This document shows positions 8,479-17,819 of a stretch of 36,342 nucleotides of DNA, piece by piece (within the stretch, counting starts at the first letter, position 1; each line of letters begins with the position of its first letter). Source of the stretch: a virus (Duplodnaviria; Caudoviricetes); the IMG/VR virus record IMGVR_UViG_3300025429_000005, positions 1 through 36,342 of that record; one strand, given 5' to 3'. The notes beneath the pieces were generated by a model that made no database searches, was not told where the DNA came from, and was given only the letters and a program-made list of their open reading frames with translations. The position numbers were made by a program, and so were the translations under genes.

Positions 8479-8679
8479 CTATTCATCATCACCTGTTATA
8501 AACCCACTCCCCCATTCATCGTCAGAAATTTTCTGTTTTAATTTCTCAATGTTGATAGAACGGTCTATCACTTTACATTTGTCTGTTAAAGAAGCATTAG
8601 AATCAGCCATGACTTCTCTTAACAATTGACTTACTGCATCCTCTAAATCAGGGTTTACCCCTTTACTTTTCTTACTCAT
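8479..8679 (-). CDS. Hypothetical protein (66 aa)
   Basis: ATGA overlap with the upstream gene; operon order. Confidence 0.65.
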   Translation of the reverse strand: MSKKSKGVNPDLEDAVSQLLREVMADSNASLTDKCKVIDRSINIEKLKQKISDDEWGSGFITGDDE

Positions 8680-10730
8680 CTTTCACCTAACGCTTTAGCA
8701 CCAAAATATGTTGCAGTTCCTAAACCACCTAAACCACTGTATACAAGAGTTTTTCTTAATAATCCATCAATCAATTGTTTTGCTTTTGTTGCATCTTGTG
8801 TTGATAATTCTATTTGTTTTATCTGTTTTAACAAATCAGCATGAGTTTGTGCATCAATAATACGATCGTTTTTAAACATATTATTTACTACGGCTTTTGC
8901 ATCTTCAGTGCCAGTATTGACTTGATTTAAATATGTTTCGTATTTGCGTGTCAAATCCGACAATTCTTTTTCGGTTCTTTGTGCTTTTCCAGCTTCTCCA
9001 GCTAACCTGGTTTGTGCAGATGTTGCACGTTGCGATGCTTGTACACCAAGAGTTTCTGCTTCTTTTTTTGCTTGTGCAATATAGTTTAATGGTTTTTTAA
9101 ACTCAGGGAAAACCCTTAATAATCCTTCGTTTTTTGCAATAAAATTAGCTGCTTGTTGACTATTCATTGATTCTAATTGATTCCTTAGATAACCCTTGAC
9201 TGTATTAACAATTTCTGCATTTTTACCGCCAACCAAATCAAGTAATCGTTCGGCACGTTCTTGTGTGCCGTTTAAATAATAATTAGCTGCTGCTGTTTTG
9301 TCAGAAGAAAACAATATATTTTCAGCTTCTTGCAATTCCACATCCGTTAAAGTTTTTCCACGCCCAGCTATGGCTTTTTCAATAGGAACAGACTTGTTTT
9401 TATAGGCTTGTAAATATTGACCAAAACGACTGTCATAAGCGTTCATTGCATTACTCAATTTTTGAGCCAATACATTTTGACGAGTAACATCCAATGCTTG
9501 AAATCCTTCAACTTCAAATGCTTTTTTATTATTTAACATTCTCCTTAAAAATTCAGCCTGATCCATTGTCATCGCTTGAATTTCTGCTGTAGGTTTATTA
9601 AATAATCTTTCTTTAATGCTCATACCTTCAGACGATGGTTTTGCCATTCTAACTTGACCAACAATAGAATCAAAACGTCTTTTTAATTCAGATTTATAAG
9701 GTTCAGGAGTTCTTTCAATTTGAGTTTTAATTTCATTAACAACTTCTGCAAATTGCTGACTACTTTGAGGGCTATTAGAAATAAATTCACCTTTTTTTTC
9801 TCTTGCCCTTGCGTCTTTAAATACAGGATCTTTTAATTCTTCTATTGCAGCTTTTTCACGTTCACCACGCAATTTGTCTATGTTTTTTCTACCTGTTTTT
9901 TGTATCACATCACCAGCATTTTCAGGCAAAACATTAGAATCTTTACTCAAATCATTTAAACTTTGTGTTACACGTTGTTCTCTAGCTTTTTGACGTTGTG
10001 AGGCAATTTTTTCACGACCTCCTAACTGTTCTTGTGCTTTACCAATACGTTCAGATTCTTTTTTTGCAACTTGCGCTTCTTTTGATGTAGAACTTAATAA
10101 ATTTTCTATTTGATCATTAAGTTGTGTTTTTAAAGATTTATAAAGAGAGTCCGCTATTTTTCCTTTAGATGATTCTAAAGCACCTAACAATTCTTTTACT
10201 TTGTTTATTGCCGCAGGTATACCAACTTCAGCAACTGGACCTAATGCAGCACCCATGACGGCAGAAGTTCCACGACCTTCTTCTGTAGGTGTGGTTACAC
10301 CAGAAATTGTTCCGCCTTTTACTGCAGATTCACCAATTTTGCCTAATGTGCTAGCTTCACCTAATCCTAATGCAGTTCTACCAGCTTGAAATCCTTTAGT
10401 CAAACCAGAAAACGGTAAAACATATGAACCGTATTTACCAGCAGTTGTTGCTACGGGATTCGCTTCTTGTACACGTTGTTGTAATTTATTGATAGGATCA
10501 TACATTGCCTTACCTGTTTCTGGTGCAACCAATTCAACACCAGAAGCAATACCTTTTCCTAATTCTGTTAAACCACCAGCAACAAATGGAACAAGCGCAC
10601 TTTTTCCTAGTGCCATATTAATAGGATCTTTTTTTGTATCCGTTGGTATAGAATCAGCAACAGCAGTACCTCCAAATTTTGAAGTGGATGGTTGCGAATC
10701 GTCAACAGATACACCGCCAAATTTAGACAT
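8676..10730 (-). CDS. Probable internal virion / DNA-ejection protein (684 aa)
   Basis: Duplicated SKFGG N-terminus, Gly/Ala-rich N-third, long helical charged region, hydrophobic C-terminal GLGGLG. Lies downstream of tail genes as in podoviruses. Confidence 0.55.
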   Translation of the reverse strand: MSKFGGVSVDDSQPSTSKFGGTAVADSIPTDTKKDPINMALGKSALVPFVAGGLTELGKGIASGVELVAPETGKAMYDPINKLQQRVQEANPVATTAGKYGSYVLPFSGLTKGFQAGRTALGLGEASTLGKIGESAVKGGTISGVTTPTEEGRGTSAVMGAALGPVAEVGIPAAINKVKELLGALESSKGKIADSLYKSLKTQLNDQIENLLSSTSKEAQVAKKESERIGKAQEQLGGREKIASQRQKAREQRVTQSLNDLSKDSNVLPENAGDVIQKTGRKNIDKLRGEREKAAIEELKDPVFKDARAREKKGEFISNSPQSSQQFAEVVNEIKTQIERTPEPYKSELKRRFDSIVGQVRMAKPSSEGMSIKERLFNKPTAEIQAMTMDQAEFLRRMLNNKKAFEVEGFQALDVTRQNVLAQKLSNAMNAYDSRFGQYLQAYKNKSVPIEKAIAGRGKTLTDVELQEAENILFSSDKTAAANYYLNGTQERAERLLDLVGGKNAEIVNTVKGYLRNQLESMNSQQAANFIAKNEGLLRVFPEFKKPLNYIAQAKKEAETLGVQASQRATSAQTRLAGEAGKAQRTEKELSDLTRKYETYLNQVNTGTEDAKAVVNNMFKNDRIIDAQTHADLLKQIKQIELSTQDATKAKQLIDGLLRKTLVYSGLGGLGTATYFGAKALGER

Positions 10731-12103
10731 TATGGTTTCCTATATTTCTTTCCATCATCTTCATAATATTCTGTACCACTTGGTAAAGCATCATATTCTG
10801 CTTTTGTTTTTACTGTTGGTATTTGTTGTCCACCACCTACATCATTTGGCACAACAGGCACTTTTCCTGATTGTTCATAATATTTATCAAATTGAGGTTT
10901 TAATTGTGTAAAACCAGGATACATAATTTCTTGCATACCTTGATTGTTTTCTAAATTCTTTTTAATACCATCTAATCTTTGTTTTAATGCGTCAGCAGTA
11001 ATTCCTCTCCAACCATAAATAGGCTCAAGAATTTTACTTTCATTTGCAGTTAATGATTTACCACCAGTTTCAAATTCAATCGCTTGAATACGTGCTAATT
11101 TGCTTTGTAGCTCTGGAAAATTTTTCTGTAAATTAAGCAAAACGTCTGGAGTAAATTTAGTAGTTGGATTTATAAACTTGGCATATTTAGGATCTTGTAA
11201 AAGACTTTGAATATCTTCAATATTTTTAATTGTTTGATAACGACTAGAATATTGCTCTCTTATTTTAGATTCTTTTGGTAACGCACCAGTAACACCACCT
11301 TGTGTTAATTTTTGTTTTTCCAACTGTAAACGATCTTGTTGTAATTTCATGCTTTCTGCATGTTGCTTGGCTTGTTGTTGCATTTTTTCATATTGCAAAT
11401 TAATATTCATGCCAGATTGCAAAGTTTGCAAAGCTGCTTGATCTTGCATGTTTTGCATTTGATAACCAAGTATTGAACTTTGTCCTGCTAAACTAACTGC
11501 GTATTGTCTTTCTTTTAATGACGCATCTTTATCAACCGCAGCTAATTGCATTGCTTTTTGTAAATGATTTTGTATGTCTGTACGAATATCATTAATGCGT
11601 TTGTACTCTTTATCAAACTCTTTTAACTCACGTTCGTATAAATCTTTACGACCTTCTTGCCAACCTTTTAACATTCCAGTCATAGCACCCAAAGCATTTT
11701 GAGAGGCAAGTTTTCCACTGTTTCCTAAAATTATTCCAAAAGTAGCAACCATGCTAAATAAACCACCTAAAGTTTCTGCGTTTTCTCTAGTTGGGTGAAA
11801 CTCTGGTCTTGGATATTCTAATTCTTTGTTTTCCGCTTCTTGTTGCAAGCCACGAACATCTTGCGCATATTGTTTTGAAGATTCAGCTTCAGCACCCATT
11901 AAATTAGTTTGCAATTCTGTTTTTGCTTTTTCTAATTCACCTCTGGATGTTGCTTCTTTTTGACTTAATGCAGATTGTTGTTTAACATAATCTTGACCAC
12001 CTTTAGTAGACATTTTTATCGGAAAAGGTTTCATTTCAGTGTTTAAAGAACTACTCAAAGTAGAGGGTTCTTTTTTTTCAACAATATTAGATTCTTCAGC
12101 CAT
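10730..12103 (-). CDS. Probable internal virion / DNA-ejection protein (457 aa)
   Basis: Q/K/E-rich helical protein with one hydrophobic segment; C-terminal EYDALPSGT...DGKKYRKP motif. Confidence 0.55.
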   Translation of the reverse strand: MAEESNIVEKKEPSTLSSSLNTEMKPFPIKMSTKGGQDYVKQQSALSQKEATSRGELEKAKTELQTNLMGAEAESSKQYAQDVRGLQQEAENKELEYPRPEFHPTRENAETLGGLFSMVATFGIILGNSGKLASQNALGAMTGMLKGWQEGRKDLYERELKEFDKEYKRINDIRTDIQNHLQKAMQLAAVDKDASLKERQYAVSLAGQSSILGYQMQNMQDQAALQTLQSGMNINLQYEKMQQQAKQHAESMKLQQDRLQLEKQKLTQGGVTGALPKESKIREQYSSRYQTIKNIEDIQSLLQDPKYAKFINPTTKFTPDVLLNLQKNFPELQSKLARIQAIEFETGGKSLTANESKILEPIYGWRGITADALKQRLDGIKKNLENNQGMQEIMYPGFTQLKPQFDKYYEQSGKVPVVPNDVGGGQQIPTVKTKAEYDALPSGTEYYEDDGKKYRKP

Positions 12104-13206
12104 TACGCAACTCCTGGTTTCGTACCACCAATTACATTACCACTAGCAATAGCAGCTAACTGTGTATAGAAATTTTGTGTGGTTTGTTGCAAAGATTGAT
12201 CCAACTGTAAGCCAGAACGTATTGCACCCAATGCAATATTGTCACCAATTTGAGCAACTTGCAAGCCGTAAGTATATTGATTTTGCAATAATTGATTATA
12301 TAAATTAGCCATTTGCTGTTGCATTTGTGCTTGTCCAACACCACCACGATTAGCCATCGCTTGATTTGCTTGTGCCATTGCTGCTTGATAGGCTTGCTGA
12401 CTTTGTGGGGTTAATTCGCCACGTTGTGCTGCACCAATCATTTCCTGACCTTGTGCTTGGTAAGGTTGTGCTATTGCTTGTTGTTGTGCAGTTGCAGCTT
12501 GATTCTGCGCACCAGCCACATTCGCATTTCTAGCACCTAATAATCCTAAACCACCTAAACCTAATGCTTTTAATAAGGTTGTTGAAGAAACATTACCTAA
12601 TGCACCACCAATATTACCCAAAGTTGATGGAGTAGGACCTTGTGTGGTTGCTTGCGTTAAAGCTGCTTGTGATGTTGGTCCTAAAGCAGAACTATACGGT
12701 AAATTTGCTAATTCTTGACCTGTTTGTATAGCACCTGTATATAAAGGTGAAACACCAGTATCCGCTAATCCTTGACCAGTACCTCCAGCAACTCCTGTTT
12801 GACCTAATCCTACAGTTGGCACACCACTGGCTAAAGAGTAATCTCCTAAACCCGATGGTTTACCACCAGTATCAACTAATCCTTGTGCTTGATTTGATTG
12901 CGCAGTTGTTGAAGGGGTTGAATCAAAATATTGTTGTGCTTGATTAAGAGCAGTTTGATCTGATGGCAAAGGCGCATTTTGTTGTTCTGGACTCACTCCA
13001 ATTTCTGTAAGAGTAGCATCTCCATCATCAAATTGGGGTAAACCCGTATCAGGGTTAATATCTCCACTACCACCATGACGTTTGAGTAAGGCGGCTTCTC
13101 TGGGATTAATGTGTGCAAGAATACTATCATTATTCTTACCTTTAGAACGCAACAATTCAGCTAATGCAGGTAAATCAGCTTTTAATGATTTTGTCAGTTT
13201 TGTCAT
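12103..13206 (-). CDS. Probable ejection / pilot protein (367 aa)
   Basis: LAHINPREAALLKxxGGSGxINPxTGLPQF motif; Q/A/G-rich. Confidence 0.55.
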   Translation of the reverse strand: MTKLTKSLKADLPALAELLRSKGKNNDSILAHINPREAALLKRHGGSGDINPDTGLPQFDDGDATLTEIGVSPEQQNAPLPSDQTALNQAQQYFDSTPSTTAQSNQAQGLVDTGGKPSGLGDYSLASGVPTVGLGQTGVAGGTGQGLADTGVSPLYTGAIQTGQELANLPYSSALGPTSQAALTQATTQGPTPSTLGNIGGALGNVSSTTLLKALGLGGLGLLGARNANVAGAQNQAATAQQQAIAQPYQAQGQEMIGAAQRGELTPQSQQAYQAAMAQANQAMANRGGVGQAQMQQQMANLYNQLLQNQYTYGLQVAQIGDNIALGAIRSGLQLDQSLQQTTQNFYTQLAAIASGNVIGGTKPGVA

Positions 13207-14510
13207 GATAGTCCTAATGCAGTTCGTAAAGATTCAGTATTCCACACATTACGTTGATTCTTGTCATCCCCTTGAAAAATAGGATTTCCTGTGGTTGCAG
13301 GATCTGGATTACTTGATTGTAATGCTTGTCCAAGAATAGAGGAAGATGGTGCGCCTAAAACACTAGATAAAACTTGTGGAGATGTTCCACCAGAAGAAAC
13401 AATGGTTGGACTGATTAACTGTAATTTATCACTCGGTGTCGCTTGACCTTTTTGTGTAGTTCCACCCTCATCAATTGTAGAAGTTTGTTTTCCAGTTACA
13501 TCTAATGCTCCAGCCGATAAAGGTTGAGTTGTTTGTGTTCCTAATGCTCCAGCCGATAAAGGTTGAGTTGTTTGTGTTCCTAATGCTCCAGCCGATAAAG
13601 GTTGAGTTGTTTGTGTTCCTAATGCACCACTCAATGTAGATGATGTTGAACCACCACCTGAATAATCAGCCGTAGAACTTGGATAAGTTCCTGCATTACT
13701 AAGATATAAACTATCTTCTGATGGTTCATTCAATGTAGGTTGATAAATACTACCATCTGCGTAAGTATATTGGTTAACATCAGGATTCCACATAACACCT
13801 GCTGGCAATGGAGTTGCTTGAAAAGTACCTGATTGTGCATCTGTAGTTTGTTGTGGATTACTAAGCGAATCAATAGTTACAGTAGGTTGATTTTCTGCTA
13901 ATTGTGTTGGTTGAGGATTGTATGCAACTTGTTGTCCTGTTTGTGGATTAAATACGGATTTTGCTAAACCACCAACAGCACCTTGAACACCACCATATAA
14001 AGCAGATTGTCCAACATTTTGTCCAGCAAGTTGTGCAGCCGTTGCACTTCCTGTAGCACCACCTAAAATGTTTCCTGTTGTTCCACCAATCTCTGTACCC
14101 AATGCAGAACCTAAAGCACCACCTGCTGCGCCTGCACCAACATCACCACCTTTTAATCCTGCCGATAATGCACCTTTAGCTGCTCCACCTACGGCAGCAG
14201 CGCCTTCTGTACCTAAATCACCTATTGCACCACCCGCAGCAGAACTAATTTCAGAACCTGCTCCACCAGATACAGCACCTACACCTGCTGCGTTTAAAAC
14301 TTGTTGAGCATCACCACCTGCGACAGCAGTTCCAATCGCATTACTTGCACCACCGATGGCGGCAGCACCTATTGCGTCTGCTGTTGTTAAAGAAACTGTT
14401 GCACCAACACTATCAGCAATTGCAGCACCTATATATGGTGCTAATTCTGGCATCGCAGCAACAACAGCTACGGCAACAATATCAACAACGACAGGAGCAG
14501 CAGCACCCAT
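13203..14510 (-). CDS. Probable ejection / pilot protein with Gly/Ala-rich membrane-active N-half (435 aa)
   Basis: GxxxG-rich hydrophobic N-half, S/T/Q/P-rich linker with a tandem repeat, C-terminal NVWNxxSLR. Confidence 0.55.
   Translation of the reverse strand: MGAAAPVVVDIVAVAVVAAMPELAPYIGAAIADSVGATVSLTTADAIGAAAIGGASNAIGTAVAGGDAQQVLNAAGVGAVSGGAGSEISSAAGGAIGDLGTEGAAAVGGAAKGALSAGLKGGDVGAGAAGGALGSALGTEIGGTTGNILGGATGSATAAQLAGQNVGQSALYGGVQGAVGGLAKSVFNPQTGQQVAYNPQPTQLAENQPTVTIDSLSNPQQTTDAQSGTFQATPLPAGVMWNPDVNQYTYADGSIYQPTLNEPSEDSLYLSNAGTYPSSTADYSGGGSTSSTLSGALGTQTTQPLSAGALGTQTTQPLSAGALGTQTTQPLSAGALDVTGKQTSTIDEGGTTQKGQATPSDKLQLISPTIVSSGGTSPQVLSSVLGAPSSSILGQALQSSNPDPATTGNPIFQGDDKNQRNVWNTESLRTALGLS
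13502..13625. repeat. In-frame tandem repeat: 3 perfect 39-bp units plus 7 bp
   Basis: ctaatgctccagccgataaaggttgagttgtttgtgttc at 13502, 13541 and 13580; encodes GALGTQTTQPLSA x3. Confidence 0.95.
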
Positions 14511-14836
14511 TATATTTTCCCTTCTTGCATTAATTCTTTTGTCAATTTGCCAGCTAAAATAGCCATAGAAATGATTTTGTAATCAATAATGTTAGAAATT
14601 GGTGTATTAGGTGGTAACAAACCTTCTCTAATTGCAGCCTGTAATGCAACGGGATACATTTTGGGATTTTTTAAGGCTTGTTTTGCATACGTTTCTCCTC
14701 TTAAAATATCTTGAGGATTTACTCCAACTTGTTGAATAATTCTTCTCAATCTTTCTTTAGACTGTTCTCTTTCCTTACCCGTCATTTGCGGATTTTCCAT
14801 TTTTTTTTGGGGTGGGGAAGTTGGATTAGTTGCCAT
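14510..14836 (-). CDS. Hypothetical protein
   Basis: Start MATNP at 14836 chosen because it forms a TAATG overlap with the upstream stop. Confidence 0.65.
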   Translation of the reverse strand: MATNPTSPPQKKMENPQMTGKEREQSKERLRRIIQQVGVNPQDILRGETYAKQALKNPKMYPVALQAAIREGLLPPNTPISNIIDYKIISMAILAGKLTKELMQEGKI

Positions 14837-15177
14837 TATGTTAACCCTAAAACCGAAGCAATTTGTGTATGAATGTTGTAATGCGTACTTAACCAATCAT
14901 AAAAATCATTCTCTGATTTAAAGTCTACATCCAACATATTGAACGGATTATCTAAATTGAGATAAGTTGAAAGTGCTTGATGCTCAGTTTGGTGAGCTAA
15001 TAACCAGTCATCTAGGTTATCAATATTAGCGTCTGTAATAGGAAATTTAGCGTATGTTTGACCTTTATCCGTCAAAGTTTCCCAAAATAATTGATGTTGT
15101 ACTCCATTTTCAAACAAAAACTCTCCTAATGACTCTTTGTCACCAAATTTAACGATGGAGAGCGTGTCCATATTCAC
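14836..15177 (-). CDS. Hypothetical acidic protein with spaced His residues
   Basis: WLxxHxxxH occurs twice; operon order. Confidence 0.65.
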   Translation of the reverse strand: MNMDTLSIVKFGDKESLGEFLFENGVQHQLFWETLTDKGQTYAKFPITDANIDNLDDWLLAHQTEHQALSTYLNLDNPFNMLDVDFKSENDFYDWLSTHYNIHTQIASVLGLT

Positions 15178-15395
15178 TTGTCGACCTTATGATCTAATTT
15201 ATCAAAGATTTTATTCAACATTTGTTTAATATCATTGATGTCATTACGATAATCTTCTTTAGTAACGTAATAATGTGGGAAATCCTTAATATCATCTTCT
15301 AATACCTTAATTGCTTTGTAAATATTATTTAATATCCAGCCTGCAAGAAAACCGCAAGTTGTTACTAAAATATTAAAAATCTCTTGCTCTGACAT
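15174..15395 (-). CDS. Small membrane-anchored coiled-coil protein
   Basis: N-terminal TM, then YVTKEDYR...IFDKLDxKVDK. Confidence 0.7.
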   Translation of the reverse strand: MSEQEIFNILVTTCGFLAGWILNNIYKAIKVLEDDIKDFPHYYVTKEDYRNDINDIKQMLNKIFDKLDHKVDK

Positions 15396-15396
15396 G

Positions 15397-15702
15397 TTAA
15401 TCTTTCTTATAAATTAAATAATTTTCGTATACAACAAAAAAATAAAGTGTATTAATAGTTATCATTAAAACAGTTACTAAATCAACACCATCATAATAAA
15501 AATGTGTAAGTTGAACGTAATATATTCCTATAATTGCTGCAATTTTAATGAACAAAAATGCTTTGATAATTCCTAATTTATCAATTAAATATTGCACAAT
15601 CATATTTCCTTCGTGTCCTTTACCTGATTTAATGACGTTATACGTTGTCCAAAAGTCTAGGAATTGAAGAATTACAAAAAGTAAAAATAAAATATAATTC
15701 AT
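15397..15702 (-). CDS. Three-TM membrane protein (DUF5658-like)
   Basis: LDFWTTY...GHEGN motif and hydrophobic helices; very AT-rich. Family label is from recall. Confidence 0.6.
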   Translation of the reverse strand: MNYILFLLFVILQFLDFWTTYNVIKSGKGHEGNMIVQYLIDKLGIIKAFLFIKIAAIIGIYYVQLTHFYYDGVDLVTVLMITINTLYFFVVYENYLIYKKD

Positions 15703-15708
15703 AAGTAA

Positions 15709-15942
15709 TTAAACAATACCATCAGCTACAAATTTAATTAAACTCCAATCAACACCAAGATCCCCACCTACTGTATTAGTTAACTGAACATTCTGTCCTG
15801 ACATAGACAATGCAAGTCCACCAGTAGCATGAATGGTATAAATAGTAGAAGATGAACTTCCTCTCCTAATTTGAGCTAATGCGTTTATACCACCATTAGA
15901 AGCACCTTCGGCAAGAAATGATAGGTTACGAGGTATAGTCAT
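15709..15942 (-). CDS. Short fibre-like protein, possibly a vestigial tail-fibre gene
   Basis: TAATG-coupled to the tailspike; 77 aa with beta-strand character. Confidence 0.5.
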   Translation of the reverse strand: MTIPRNLSFLAEGASNGGINALAQIRRGSSSSTIYTIHATGGLALSMSGQNVQLTNTVGGDLGVDWSLIKFVADGIV

Positions 15943-17819
15943 TATGAAAGAGTTAGAGTATTAGAACGAACAACACCATCAGAACCTTTTACTTTTACAA
16001 CAAGTGATGTATTGCTTGTTAATTGAAAAGTCATTTCACCATTATTTGTCGGAGTTGCAGAAGCTGGTGGAGTTAAAATAGGTGTTCCTAATAATTTTGC
16101 TCTACCTGTTCCATTGCCACATAATATTGCATCAGCATTAGAATATCCTGTTGTAAATACACCACCACCTGTTGTACCATCTCGTTGTAATAATGCACCT
16201 TGTCCATCTACTGTACCACCAGCATATAAATCACCTAAATGATGTAATGAAGCATCACCTTTTAAATATTGAAGTGTTGTGCTTCCATTTAAAACAGTTT
16301 GACTAATAGTTTGCGAACCACTTAACGATTGTACTAATAAGTTTTGTGTAGCACTATTGGTTAATTGACGAACAATATTTGTATTTCCTACAGCTTGTAA
16401 GTTAATTGTTCCAGCAGCGATTGTGTAGGAATAAGTGCCACTTGTATAAGTTACCTTTAACGCAACAGCACCATTACTTGTACCTTGATAAGAATTTAAA
16501 CAATTAAAATAAGTACAATTTAAACCAACCATAACACAAGTTGCAGATGCTCCTGAATTTACAATTGCAGAATCATACAAAGAAACTGATCCAGAATTTC
16601 CAGCATAAATTGAACTAATATTTGAGCCACTATATGATGAAACACCTGTCCAAATAGAATTAACAAATGTATTTGTTATTGTATGAACTGAACCACTATT
16701 TGTTGTATCAGAAATATAAATATCATAAACAGCACCTGATATATTTCCATCTCTAGAACCTATATTGTTTAATTCTATGTAACAGTTATCAATTGTTGCC
16801 ATTTTAACATCAACAATTTTTATACCTGATAATCCAGCATATTCTGAATCACAATTTTTTAAAATAACATTCCAATTATTAGGTTGACTTGTATTTGTAA
16901 TATTGAAACCATTACCGCCGCATCCATACGCTTGGCAAGTATGTATTTCTAATACATTTGATGCGTACTCAACAAAAAATCCATCTCCTGAACACCATTG
17001 AGCAATACAGTTATTAATTTGACCAAATAAATGGTATTTACTATGAAATCCTATTCCACAATAATAAGCATCCACACCTTCAATAACAACATTGCCAAAT
17101 GCTTGATTAACATATACACCAAATGTAGTTAAACTTGCTTGCGTTTGCCCTGTGTAATTTGTTTGATTCCAACTAGCATTAGCAACACCTTGAATTGTTA
17201 AATTTCTTACACCTTCACGATGCGAATAATTTTGCCCACCTGAATATGAATTAACAATTTGAATACATCCAACATTACCACCTGTATGATATAAAATTGT
17301 TGATGGACCATCACCTTGTAATACAACACCAACAGGTATTGAAATTAATCCAACTTTATAACTTCCTGATGGTACTAAAACTAAAGAACATAATGGGTTA
17401 TATAGTTGATATGCAACACTAGATAAATGTCGATATATAGATGAAGCATAATTTAATGCAGCAGTAAAAGCTGCTGTGGAATCTACTGTACCTGTAGAAT
17501 CAGCACCAAAATCTAAAACAGATACTGTCTGTTGTAGTTTTGCTGTTACAGTTGTTGTTACCGCATTTGCATTTCCTTGATTGTAAGAAATGGAAGTACT
17601 TGTAATTGTTGAATTTGCTATGTTATAAGAAACATTGGCTGAAATAACTCCACTAGTAATATTGACGTTTCCAAGCGATAAATTATTAATAATTGTAACA
17701 ACTTGTCCAAGATTAGCAGTCGTACTACCAATCGTAATTGGTGTTTGAAAATTAGTATCTAATTGCGATAAAGGAATCGCAGTTGTTGCAGTTTGAAATG
17801 TATAGGGAACGCCAGCCAT
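15942..17819 (-). CDS. Tailspike / receptor-binding protein with pectate-lyase-like right-handed beta-helix
   Basis: TVTAKLQQTVSVLDFGADSTGTVDSTAAFTAA, LVPSGSY, LQGDG, then repeated parallel beta-helix rungs (NNCI, GNGFNI, IDNCYIELN). Confidence 0.85.
   Translation of the reverse strand: MAGVPYTFQTATTAIPLSQLDTNFQTPITIGSTTANLGQVVTIINNLSLGNVNITSGVISANVSYNIANSTITSTSISYNQGNANAVTTTVTAKLQQTVSVLDFGADSTGTVDSTAAFTAALNYASSIYRHLSSVAYQLYNPLCSLVLVPSGSYKVGLISIPVGVVLQGDGPSTILYHTGGNVGCIQIVNSYSGGQNYSHREGVRNLTIQGVANASWNQTNYTGQTQASLTTFGVYVNQAFGNVVIEGVDAYYCGIGFHSKYHLFGQINNCIAQWCSGDGFFVEYASNVLEIHTCQAYGCGGNGFNITNTSQPNNWNVILKNCDSEYAGLSGIKIVDVKMATIDNCYIELNNIGSRDGNISGAVYDIYISDTTNSGSVHTITNTFVNSIWTGVSSYSGSNISSIYAGNSGSVSLYDSAIVNSGASATCVMVGLNCTYFNCLNSYQGTSNGAVALKVTYTSGTYSYTIAAGTINLQAVGNTNIVRQLTNSATQNLLVQSLSGSQTISQTVLNGSTTLQYLKGDASLHHLGDLYAGGTVDGQGALLQRDGTTGGGVFTTGYSNADAILCGNGTGRAKLLGTPILTPPASATPTNNGEMTFQLTSNTSLVVKVKGSDGVVRSNTLTLS

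Noticed and set aside
13502-13625. CRISPR-like array
   Set aside because: Units are head-to-tail with no spacers and are in frame within a CDS.
14800-14817. T9 plus G-run resembling the motif at 29720-29734
   Set aside because: Lies within a CDS (PPQKKM codons); most likely coincidental.
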